From: Ascidiella aspersa
Taxonomy: Eukaryota
Direction of reading: 5' to 3'
Assembly (NCBI GenBank): GCA_963924565.1
Contig: OZ004614.1
Span: 3,472,001-3,536,000, forward strand
DNA: 64,000 nt
Under the pieces are notes generated by a model. That model made no database searches. It was not told the origin of the DNA and worked only from the letters and a program-made list of their open reading frames with translations. This document shows, one piece after another, positions 52,741 to 64,000 of the stretch. Every line of letters starts with the position of its first letter. Within the stretch, counting starts at the first letter, position 1. Position numbers and translations under genes: made by a program.

Positions 52741-55195
52741 TGAAAACACAAAGTGCTGTACAGAACTGTGTTTTTACTACTGTCACTTGTTTCAGTAGTG
52801 CACGCCAGAAAAAACTAACACAGCTATCCGATTTTTTTCGAAGTTGATATCTGAGGTTTGGAATAATAATACCAGGCGAATTGTTTTATACTACTGTGAA
52901 ACATAATTGTGTTAAATCGTTTTTTTGCGACAAGTTTAATTGACTTTGTCGCCTATAGTCACTTCCTTGTCCCTATTTCCCCCCCTAATTACCCCGATAG
53001 ACAGAAAAACGGCGTTGCCTGTTAAACAATTTCTGATAGGCAGAAACGGTATTAGTGTTCTCTTATTTCGCCTTCCCTAACACTTGACGCGTTAGCAAGA
53101 AATCACGCTTAATCAGTATGACGTTGAAATTTCCAGTGCCTTGTTTCGGTAAATTGACAGAGCATAGATAACACATACGTCAAATTTGCTGAAAGTGCAG
53201 CCCAGGGCGCCCTAAGTGCCTGACATTTTTCAGACCTTTTGAGTATTTCGATGTTAATAACTAGCAGGAAATATTTCCTAGTAAAAAAATTAAAATGAAA
53301 ACACTACTCAGAACACAGCAAAAGTAATCTAAGTTTATACAACCTAAAAACAACCCAAAAATCTTTGGAAAGAATTTATTATTTGGGACATTTTTCTTTC
53401 CTTTTATTTTGTTTTTTTGGAGTATTTTATTTTTTCGGAGTCTCGACAAGTTCTAGAAATGTTTAATTTCAAAAATTGGGCAAGAATACAGGCCTAAAGT
53501 CAAATCATAACAACATATAAAATGTTAAACAAAATAATTTCCAAAGCCGGCAAAAAAATATAAAAAAATGCAGTTTTAGGAGACAATTTGCTGTTAACAT
53601 AGCAGAAGGCACGTTGTAAATTGCTTAAACCACACACGATGTATCGATTGTAAAATTGTCAGCATGAGGCATCAACGGATTAATGGCTCTATCAACGTGG
53701 AACGTTCAAACAAGGTTTCATCCTTATCTGGTGGATCAAATATTTTGCGTGTTGTTAAGCAAACAGACAACAACTGGGGCGTCGACCTCTGCAAAATGCC
53801 TTTCTCGTTGGGCCGAGAGGATTGGCATTTTTGTCGCACCTCTTGGAGACAAAATGCAATTCTTCATTAAAAAGTTTGGGCTGTCCTAATCGTTAAATAA
53901 GCGTTTTTTTTTGTTTCAATGAGCCTATGTACTTTTGTGAATACAATCTTTAACTTTCGTAATAACATAGAGAACATATATTAGTGCCGTTTTGCAACAT
54001 GTTTCAATCAATAATACCAGCCATTTTTTGGTATAAAGTACTGTTTGGCATTAAAAGGTTTCTTTAAAAAAAAAATAACTAAAATATAGGTAGTTGAAAA
54101 AATGCTATGACGAATTAAAACACTAGATAAAACATTCCAAACGGCAGTGCGACCTACATTTTGTATTTCATCGTATTTATTGCGATTCCCGATATTTAGG
54201 TCAAAATGTATGGCTGTCCAATTGGATACCAAGTGCCGCCAATACTACGGCTCGAAACCTGAAAATTAACTGTTTACCCGGTTTTAAACCGAAATCGCAT
54301 AAACGATGGGTTTAAAGAAAGTATAGTTATGTACTTTTTTTGTTATTATGCTTTTTTTTGTAACACAGTTGTTTTTCGTGGAATCTCCTTAGAATAAGTT
54401 CGCAAAAACATATAGTTGTAATGCTTTTAAATTTGTATCCGATCGTCATCGATATCACCCGAGTATCGGACGATGCCGATACTACTAATTGAAAATCGGC
54501 ATCTAGCTCGATTCCATATTATCGTGCATCCTTACCCTAGCGATGCAATTCAGTAAATAATGACGTATAGGCCTGTGTCAGTTGTCCATAAAACTAAAAA
54601 TAGAGCATGATGTATTCTGTGGAAATTTTTAGGACCCCCTCGATGTAAAGGTTATGTCACTTTTTGTGTGCTTGGATCGTAAAACGCCTAAAGTCAACTT
54701 TCAAGTCACGAGTCAACTTTCAAGTCACGAGGTTGCGCTACGGGAACATATACAATGTTTTACGATCTGGTGGTAAATCTATAACATGGCCAAAGATATT
54801 CAAACGTGTTACACCATCTCTTAACTTAAGTTAGTGCCTGCGTAATAAACATAGAAGCTAATAAACTTTTAAAAGTGTTTTTTAGACAGACATGATTGGT
54901 GGTTCTCAATAAGCAAAACCTAATATATTGGCCCAAGTTAAACAGATTACAGGGCACAATTTTATATAATCCAAAATCTTCATCAGCTTTATTAATGCAT
55001 TCGTGAGTTGCTATTGTTCTGTCACAGTAAGATTCTTTATCTAAAAAATTTATCTGGCGGTTTATTAGTTTTCGATATTTTTCGTGACTTTTAATTTTAT
55101 TTTGCGTTTCGCTGTCTTGCCTAAATTTAAACTGGCGGCCGTAGAACTCTACGACCATAAGATAACTTCTCAACACCTTTAGGTGCGTAAGCCTT

Positions 55196-55955
55196 GGTTT
55201 AAAATAGACCCGCTCTTTCCAACATTCAAGACGGTGACGAAAAGGTTCAGCATTTTGACGCGCGTACGTCTGGTATACGTAACGACGCCGCAGGTGCGTG
55301 TTTTAGACTTGTGATTGTCACGTGGGCGATGGATTTAGAACTTTATGAGCGTGACTTCTACGAACGAGGTTTGAGAGAAAAAGCCGTACTCTTTTTGAGT
55401 CGCCGAAACCTGTTTTAAGGAATTGACGTTTGTCATCATTGTGATAATATCGGATCGGAGCCGAGTGGTAGTATCGGCAGTTCGATATTAAAGTGGTATC
55501 GGTGCCGATCCAATACCAAACTAACATTGTAATTTCAGCCATAATCAACCCAACACAATGGTGACTCATGGCACATTGCAGCGTATAATGATAAATTCGC
55601 AATACATTTAGGTACATGAACCTTCGTTTAAAATTAGACCCGCTCTTATAAGCCATCTATTAAGACATGACGAAAAGGCACATATTTTTCAGACTTTCTT
55701 GTTTTGGTCAAAGTCACTTATTAAATTGACTAAACAATATTTGCTTCCATTTGAAGTCATTGTCGTCATTTACGTGAAAGGGCGAGGAGATATCTTCACA
55801 TTTTATAACGTAGCCGCAGATGCGCTAAGACTTGTGGTTGTAACGTGGGCGACGGATTTAGAACTTTATGAGCGTGGTTCTACGAACGAGGTTTGAGAGA
55901 AAATGTTTTTTTAAGTGGCCTAAAACCAGTTTTAAGGAATTGGCGTTCGTCATTA
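55196..55955. repeat. Direct duplication of a ~250-bp block, interrupted by a MITE fragment
   Basis: AGACCCGCTCTT...GACGAAAAGG and CGTGGGCGA.GGATTTAGAACTTTATGAGCGTG..TTCTACGAACGAGGTTTGAGAGAAA are each present twice. Confidence 0.8.
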
Positions 55956-57543
55956 TTGTGATGTTGTAATAAACACGAAACATTGTGGTGTAGTAAAAAA
56001 ACGAAAAAATGCAAAAAAAAATAAAGATAGTACAAAATTGAAACGTTGGGATGTTAAACAAAAATAATTGTAAATTTACAGAAATGTATTAAAAAAAACG
56101 TGCGAATTTACAGAAATTTTTAAAGTTGAATTTCACCTAAAACATTAAGCAAAAAACGTTTTGTGACCAATGTTTCCGGACATATTTGACAGCCTTTTAG
56201 CGCCAATCACATAATTTATGATTTTTGCAGGCCGCTTAGAATTGCTAAGTCTACCGAAGAAAATAAAAAGTCGGCAAAATTTTTTAATCGGCAAATAGGA
56301 CTATCCTAAAATACACGCCGCATATAACACTGGCGCCAACCAATATGCGCCGTTTCTTCGAACGTCGAGTCTCCCTACCGTATTCCTATTACCTCATGTT
56401 CAAACATAGAGTTGGAACAAAAGTTTGCGTCCCGCCCGACGCCGGTGTGACGTAACAAACGAACGTGCCCCGACGCAAATATAATCTTCCGTTGAGAGAA
56501 AGGAACGAAATAACGCCTTCATTCTTTCCCTTTGTTTGCGAACAAATACCACGTGGCGACAGAAATAGTCCAGTATCACGTGATAAAAATTGCGGTTTAA
56601 TGGATAGACTATTTGTGAAATTTTACATGAATGACATTTTATTGACTTTGGAGCATAATGGTCGGGGTTTGGAGTAAAACGTAGTAAACATCTGGTGTTG
56701 AATATGAATAAAGATTTCAAAATGCAACCTACTTCTGTTTGGGCTTTGATATTCTTATTACGTCCATCAAGTTTAATTCGAATATATTACGATTTTTGTG
56801 TTTTATGGGTTATGGTTCAGTTCTCTTATATGTTTTTATGTCCCAAGAGCAATATAATCGATGGTTTGGGGAACTTGTAGTACAAATTGTTGTAAAAATA
56901 AAATATGTACAGTGCGTTTTATGAAACTGGTGAGTTTAAAATGTCATTTTGTCAAAATTTAGTGTTTATTTGCATCCGTCCATAGGTAACAAACTGCCAA
57001 CAATCATATTTTAGCTCGATTGTGCCACTGGCTAAAAAACATAAACCCGCGGGTCGTTTAGTGGCAACTGGTTTATATCAACGTTAAAAAATGACTCAGT
57101 TTGTTAATTTGCGTGGGTCGTATGACGTAGGTATGAGTTAAACGCTCACGCCCGAAAGCTATTTGTGTGGCTTGTTGCAAAGTCATGGTGGCGTGTAGTT
57201 TCTGTTGCTTGTTATCGTGAAAACCACGAACTTTTAATTGCCGCCCTTGCATGCAGCATTGTACATGCGTATATATGAGTTATAGTTTTGCGTTTCAATG
57301 TTCGATGTATTTAAAATGTATTTTTAACCTTGAACATTTTGAAACAACATTTTTTGTTTAATGTGTGCCATTATGGTTGGCCAGTATGACTCCAGAAGGG
57401 CTTGATCACAGAAAACCTATTGTGTATTTGTATGTTTCAATTGCTAAAACCGGGCTGTTAATCCCGTTCGATTTAGGTTGTGCATACGAACAGCATGCAG
57501 CAGGCAATGGTACTACGGTTGTTTCTCCACTTGCTTCCCTCTG

Positions 57544-57663
57544 AACCTGTGTAGCTCAGTTGGTAGAGCTACAGTATAGGTATGACTGAGGTCGTGAGAT
57601 CGAGCCTCACTGTAGGTTCAATGTTTTTCTAGCCTTGCCTTGTACTACAATCCTAATTAGGCC
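57544..57663 (+). mobile_element. tRNA-derived SINE
   Basis: Head GTGTAGCTCAGTTGGTAGAGC...GAGATCGAGCCTCAC (A box, B-like box, irregular anticodon arm) plus tail TGTTTTTCTAGCCTTG..TGTACTA.AATCCTAA shared with the copy at 45921-46030. Confidence 0.75.
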
Positions 57664-57929
57664 AACTGTGTCGTTTATATCCTTTTAGAATGCGTCAACG
57701 GTATACAACATAAATATTATCTTGATAATGAATTACAAAGTCAAAAAGTAGATCGACATCATCGTGATTACGACGTTTCGATGCGAACTTGTAAGATCTT
57801 CAGTCAATATCGTATCGAAACGTCAAGATGATGTCGATTTACATGACCTTTTTGGCTTTGCAATTTATTATCAAGCTACATTACAGAGCCGTGCATAGTG
57901 TACCCAAATATTATCATTATTACATTTTT

Positions 57930-58710
57930 TTAACGAAAGCACCTTTTAAACCCATTTGTCAAACTGATCTTACTTTTTCGTCGCGTGTTGCTCTGTTTTG
58001 CAACCAGGTGGTAAACTTTCCAAATCGTCTCGCAGTCGAAATCGCACGAGAATTCGCCATTTTTATCAAGCTTTAGAATCGAACCCAACGCAATCGCAAT
58101 TTGCAGAACGCTCAGCCACTGGCACAAATCGTCCACGTCATCTCCCAAATCGACGTCATGAATCGTGACGTCACTGATTGCGTCAGCGGGGAACGTGGCG
58201 CCGTGAAGAAGCAGCAGCAAAATGGAAAGCGCCAAGGCGACCGGTCGCGGTTCTCTCATCCAGGACAGCACGCTCATCCAGTGAAGTTCAAGTTGTTTTG
58301 ATTCAAATTTTCGAAATTCTTTCATCGTTTCCAGGTAGATTTTAGCTGCGCTGCTGGATTCGTCGCATCCCAACAGAGCGTGTCGCAAATACTTCTCGCG
58401 CTGTTCCAATGTGACGTCACTATTGTCCATTTGTGACGTAACAGTATCGAGACACTCACAACACACTGATCTTACCAATGCGTCCCTGTTTAGCAGAGAA
58501 CTTTGCTGATATGTGTTCATCACGCGGTCGTACTCGGTAATAGTGACGTCATCACTTTGGATTGCCCCCCGAGCTAGGAGCAGTCGGTAGGTGGCGTACC
58601 GCGCCTGTAAGCAGTGGCGGTTCGGGGACTTTTTGGAGACTTGTACTGGCAGAAGAACTTTGTAGTTGTTGGTGAAAAGGCTGGCTAGGAAACTGGGAAT
58701 TTTCCCGGAT
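57930..58710 (-). CDS. ASTE1: Terminal coding exon of an asteroid homolog (ASTE1/FAM120-like) gene; upstream exons not found in window
   Basis: Acceptor cttttgttccag/ at 58711. 'GKIPSFLASLF..VLLPVQVS..PNRHCLQARYATYRLLL', 'ITEYDRV' and 'DDLCQWLSVLQIAIALGSIL' parallel the ASTE1 C-terminal region (ILPTQVE..PNAH..IRQIIYGLLL; IFCQWQSCLQMGMYLNQLL). Confidence 0.65.
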
Positions 58711-58757
58711 CTGGAACAAAAGCGGAGACTTTTGATTGATTGATTTTGATAATGGTG

Positions 58758-58837
58758 AACAAAGCGAAACTTAAGGCCATTTGAAACAAAAGCGAAACTT
58801 AAGGCCATTTGAAACAAAAGCGAAACTTAAGGCCATT
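58758..58837. repeat. 28-bp tandem repeat (3 units) next to the ASTE1-like acceptor
   Basis: AAACAAAAGCGAAACTTAAGGCCATTTG x~3. Confidence 0.9.
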
Positions 58838-61800
58838 CATTTAAGCTCCGTGCTATAAATAAATCGATCACTGAATATAAAGTTGAACAATAGTAGCGGT
58901 AAAGGGGGCTTTTTTTAAAGAATGCTTCTACTATAGTAATCTACTACGTCGACAAATGGCTGTGTTCATTGACCTTTTTGTATCGTTACTGCTTAAAATA
59001 GCTAAATAATTTGAACTACCCATTAAAAAAAACTAAAAAAAAACAAGTATTGACTCGATTAATAGATAAACAACTCCACAAGACTAAACTAACAATTTAC
59101 CCATATTTTAGTTCATTTTTTTTAGCTGAGTTGGTCATGTCAAAATTGTTTTTTGAATAATGGAAAATGAATCGTTTTTTTTGTAATGAAATATGGGCAG
59201 ACCGTTTCTAAGAAAAAAAGATGGTTGCCAATGTAAACCTATCGGAAACGTTTGAATATTTCGAATTAACTGAGAGTTGGGAAAAAGTTGGAAAAACAAG
59301 TTCACAGCTGTTTTAAAGGTGCTATATGACGTCACGGTTTCGCCTTATTTCAGGTATAATTCCCACATACGGAAAGCACACAGACCTTATGTTTTTGTGC
59401 AACGAGCGCGAATATACGGCGTGATTTTAATTTATCACTCCGTTTCTGAGAAAAGCCGAAAGGTTGCCAACTGGCAACTATCAGAAAGGTTTGCAGTGTG
59501 TTTCGCTTTAGTGCGTGACATATAGCATTCGCACTAGCTGACTGTTAATGTTAAACAGGCTTCGTTTTCCCGGTATAACTGTATTAATGCCGCACACGTG
59601 GTGCTAAACAGATTCGACTGAAAGAGAAACTCTGTCCTTTTTTAAGCAATGATGTCTCTTGTGTTTGCTTAAGGCTAGTTACACATGTAAAAACGTCAGA
59701 CCAACTTAAGGTGAAAATTATAATACGCACGTCGCTAATGTAAATGGACAACTTATGGCTGCGCGTTGGCTGTTTACACTAACATGCAGTGTTGTATACA
59801 TGTACATCATTTAGAAATAACTCTAATCCCATTCAAGTTATATGTAGGTCTTTTAAAAAAATAACAGTCAAGCAAGTCATCTACAAGTCAAATCACTGAT
59901 ATAAAAATATAACGATAATTTTTTTTAATTAGTTAACTCTTCCCTTTATGAGCAATACCTCAACTAAACAATGACAAAACGCAACATGTAGCAAATAAAT
60001 TGTTTTACTTACAAAAACTGAGATATGCAAATGTCAAGCGAAACCACTTAATTTCAACTTAAGTCATTTGCCTCAAAAACTTAAGTCAAGTCAAGTCATT
60101 TTGCCCAAATGACTTAAGTCAAGTCAAGTCATTTAAAAACAGTGACTAAGTGCACTTAAGCCAAATCATTTCAGGTGATTTTTTAGGGAACTGAATTTTC
60201 GTCCAAGTAACATCACCTCCTGTCATTGAATTCGGATTTCATAACGATGCACCAAAGATGATAATTATACTGATAAAGTTAGGGTGAATTAATATCCAGA
60301 CAAAGATAGGTTGCCTACCTAATTTGAAACATTATTTCGGCAACTTTAAAAACCGCAAAGTTAAGTTTCCAACCACGACAATACGTTGTGTTTTCACCCC
60401 TTTGGTTTCAGTTTTACTTCGCGGCCCTTGTTTATATGCGAATTGATTTGGGGGCCAAGAATAAGGTATGTGACTATAAAACAAGGTTTCTCAACCTGTG
60501 GGTCACGACTGAAAATTAGGCCCCGACTGCAGTAGTTTTAAATGGTTAGATTTATTGAAATTGATTCCGAGCAAGATGTCGTTCAAATTTTAGGGAAATT
60601 TCTCAGAACCAATCTCAATAAATCAAACCATTTGAACTATTTCAACAGACGGCGACCCAACCAAATTAAACAGCGGTACAATTTTCGGCCGTGACATGGG
60701 TTAAGAAACACTGATTTAGTTTAACGCAAACTGGCCTATTGTAAATTTGATAAAAAGATGCACCTTATTTAATTTTTTTGATTTTTTCTTACACTATAGC
60801 CTTGCGAACTAACGTTTATTACATCACAATGGGCGCGTGTTGTGAGAGAAATTTAAAAAATGCAGTAAAACAAGAGTGTCATGTGTCCGTTAATTGGCAT
60901 TTCCTTATAAGGCAAAGCGTCGCAGTATACAGTGCACAGAACGTGCAGTTACTATCGGAATTATTTAGGTAGTTTTTATGACGGGGTCTCATAAATTCGT
61001 CACGAAAGCAGTGCTTCATTGCGTTAATTTAAACCGAAAACGCCTAAATTCCCTATATAGGAACTTTAATTAAACAGCGTTCTTTAACAGACTATAGTTT
61101 CGAAAGCGAATGGCATAATAAAGCCGCTATTTTCGTTGATGATAAACGAAACGTTGTTCACGTAAATATAAACAGTTTGATTTATTTAGCATCGTCTCTA
61201 ATCCTGGTATTGCCATATTAAATTAGAAATTATATTGCAGTTTCTATTCTTGAGTAATTCCGTTGAAAGGCCTTCTAAATAGGAAAAAGAGCCATTAGCG
61301 GGTCAATGTTTCGATCTCCTGAAAATGATTTATCGACGCAGTTTAGACCAAATCTTGCCACTGCTGTACTCTTTATTAATAGAATATTATCCCGGTTTTG
61401 CGCTTTAGTTTTTATGTTTTATGTTTTTAATATTCGGAAAACTGTCTTCAAACAAACATGCATTTTTTTTGGTGTTCAGAGGCATTTCGAAACTGTTTGT
61501 CGCCAAAATACCTTGAGTTAGACGCAAAATGTTCACTCCATGCCCGAATCCCTTTTCTTTGTTTATTTGACAAACAAATTTCCGGGAAAAAAGGCCGTTC
61601 AGGCGCGCCTACCCGACAACTCGAAATCGATAAAGAATGAAAAGGTCACTGCAAGGTCAAAGGATACATTGACCTTGCGAGCGAAAATAATAACAGTGAT
61701 TACACTCGTTTGGCGCCTAATATGCCCCATTGTGTATTGTGTGTGCAGTGTTGTGTAAATTCTGTCTGCACAGGAAACAATTTAAAACCGACGTTATTAA

Positions 61801-62172
61801 TCTGAACAAGGTTATAATAACTTAACATCACAGGCTTTTACTAGCACGGAATATACAGGCTGATTTTGGAAGCAAAATTAGGACTCTGATTTTCCTGCAC
61901 AATTAAACGCCACCCGCTTTAAAGTCGTTGTTTTCTCACATATTTTAAAAAGGATTTTAACAAATGCCATCTCTAAAAAAAACTCTTCTTTATTACCCTC
62001 GCATTTTTTTTAATTTTGTAAACGCATCTTTATACTTAGAACAGGGCCGTACAAAAGGACGAAAGTAGTCCATAAAAAAACAGGAAAAAAGTTGCAAAGG
62101 GTCCTTCACGCATCTTATGAGCTATGATTAAAATTAGCTTTAAAGACATAAATTAGCTTTGAAGACTTAATT

Positions 62173-63679
62173 GGTCCACACGAACAAAAAAATAATATTT
62201 AGAGTTCCGCGTTAATAATTTAATCAAAAGGTCGCACGTAGCACACAAGAGCATCACTTGGGCGTAAGTCGGGCGTATTTGGAGTTCAAATCCACTGACA
62301 AGTTCTAGTGAACGCCCTACTGTGTCGCTTCACTTAGCACGAAATTTCCACATTCCTTCCACATCACATAAAGTCAATTCGCTGCAGCGAAACCGTTACG
62401 CACCGCCGCACACGAGCAGCCAGGTATATAAGGGATGACGTAGCATCGTGTGTGGCCAGGTATTTCGCTTTGTGGTGAGTACGGTAACTTGAATTGCACC
62501 CCTTTTACCCACACAAGTCATATAGATTGGGTGCCCGAAATTTTTCTTTTTAGAGTTGGATTGTTGCGTGATGTTTTAAGCAGAGCACGAATTAAAACTT
62601 TCAAAATTCTTAATAATGGTAAAATATTTGTTAGAAGGTATCACACCAACACTATTTCGTAAGGAATCTTTGGAACACTTTGGTTTTGTTAACAGATTTG
62701 GTATACGAACAGGGAAATAGTGAAAGCGCCTTTGTGTAGATCTAAATAAGAATGCTTTAACGAAATTTGAAATTCATCTTTTACAACAAAATCAGCGCTT
62801 TAACAAAATTGCTAATCCTAAAGAATTAAGCCGTTTTTTTCATTACGCATTACATGGAAAGTTTGATGATTTGCATTTTTGCCTATACAGTAATACAACG
62901 CTCTATAGAGCGGCAAAATTCCGCGAGCCGAAAAAAACATGTATTTTGTTCAAACCTCCGCGGTATCACGAGGCCCGCGTCATATTATCACGTGTCACGC
63001 ACAAAAACTTGAGTGCGTAATTGTCACGTGGGACATCAATATAGGCTAAAGTTACATTATGTTTTGTTCGAACTGTGTAGCTGAATAATCCGGTGGAAAA
63101 CAAAAAACTTTCCGATTTAATTCGCGGCCCTATAGCATTACTGGGCGTTTTATCACAAGCTCGTGATATTGTAACAAGCACAAAGTTTAGGATCTTTTTA
63201 ATTAATCTCTTTCCTGTGAAAAAATATATTTCATTTTTATAATTTTAGTGAGGTCCCGAACAAATTGCGATTTAAATTAAGGTTTTATTATGTTGCACAA
63301 TACGTTAAAGCAAGCTTTAATCTTAATCAGACCTTCATGGACCCAAAGTAATCCACGGGGCACATGGACCCCAGTTTAAACTTGATGAGGCCGAATTAAA
63401 ATATGATTGTATTGGTAAAAATTGGAATTTTGAAAGTATGTTATTATGTAAAGTATGTAAAAAGTATGTAATTGAAAAACAACGTTTTTGCACTAAATGC
63501 ATTTATACTCCAGGCTTCCCAGGTCTACTTGTTCAATACCGTCTATTTATTTGCGTCAGCTCTAATAAAATTATGTCCCTGATCCACACAAACAAAAAAT
63601 AATGTTTAGGGTTCAGCGGTAATTACAAAACGGTGGCACAAATCACACAAGAGCATCACTTGGGCGTAAGTCGGGCGTA
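62173..63679. repeat. Two ~100-bp direct repeats (62173-62277 and 63581-63679)
   Basis: TCCACAC.AACAAAAAATAAT.TTTAG...CACACAAGAGCATCACTTGGGCGTAAGTCGGGCGTA occurs twice. Confidence 0.8.
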
Positions 63680-64000
63680 ATAGCATCTCCTCAGTGGCAA
63701 AATGCCGCTAAAACTAGCAATTTGTAAAGAGTATGTTCGCCAGCAAAGCTACAGCTGCAGAACAGGATGCGAAAGTAATGTTTTGGCCGGATCTAAGCGC
63801 CGAAGCCAGACATTAACCCGACGCACAAAATGTTGCGCATCGAAAAGTGAGGCGTGGGCCGCTAACTGGTTCGCATGTTGACTGACTTAACATTGAATTG
63901 ATTCCCTGTTTTCTCACCAAAGTAATTCTCGCATCGAGCGTTTAAGCACGAATTTATAGCGGTTTTGAAGTGGCAGATTGTGCAAACAGTTAAAACAAAA

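Noticed and set aside
54826-55176. 116-aa minus-strand ORF
   Set aside because: No recognisable motif, non-ATG start, AT-rich and surrounded by repeats.
57544-57618. Functional tRNA gene
   Set aside because: Irregular anticodon arm and T-loop, and it shares a non-tRNA tail with another copy, so it is called a SINE.
58711-58817. N-terminus of the 295-aa ORF (MFQMALSFAF...)
   Set aside because: It derives from the intronic 28-bp tandem repeat upstream of a clear acceptor.

Overview
AT-rich eukaryotic (animal) genomic DNA with spliced genes and dense non-autonomous DNA transposons. Gene content and compactness suggest an invertebrate chordate such as an ascidian, but this is inference only. 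Genes assembled by hand from GT-AG boundaries with consistent exon phases: a proteolipid (PLP/DM20/M6) gene on the minus strand running off the left edge; two identical, divergently oriented tRNA-Thr(TGT) genes plus a relic; a 3-exon orphan gene encoding a 191-aa proline-rich protein; a possible 40-aa secreted two-Cys peptide gene; NFATC2IP (7 exons); MLX (2 exons); intronless ENY2; DTWD1 (6 exons); AGPAT5 (7 exons); and the last exon of an ASTE1-like gene. Repeats include hAT MITEs with 8-bp TSDs, a deleted hAT transposase, a fold-back family, a tRNA-derived SINE and minisatellites. There is no CRISPR or prokaryotic system. The best novelty candidates are the orphan gene, the small secreted peptide, and an operon-like, possibly trans-spliced MLX<>ENY2-DTWD1 unit.
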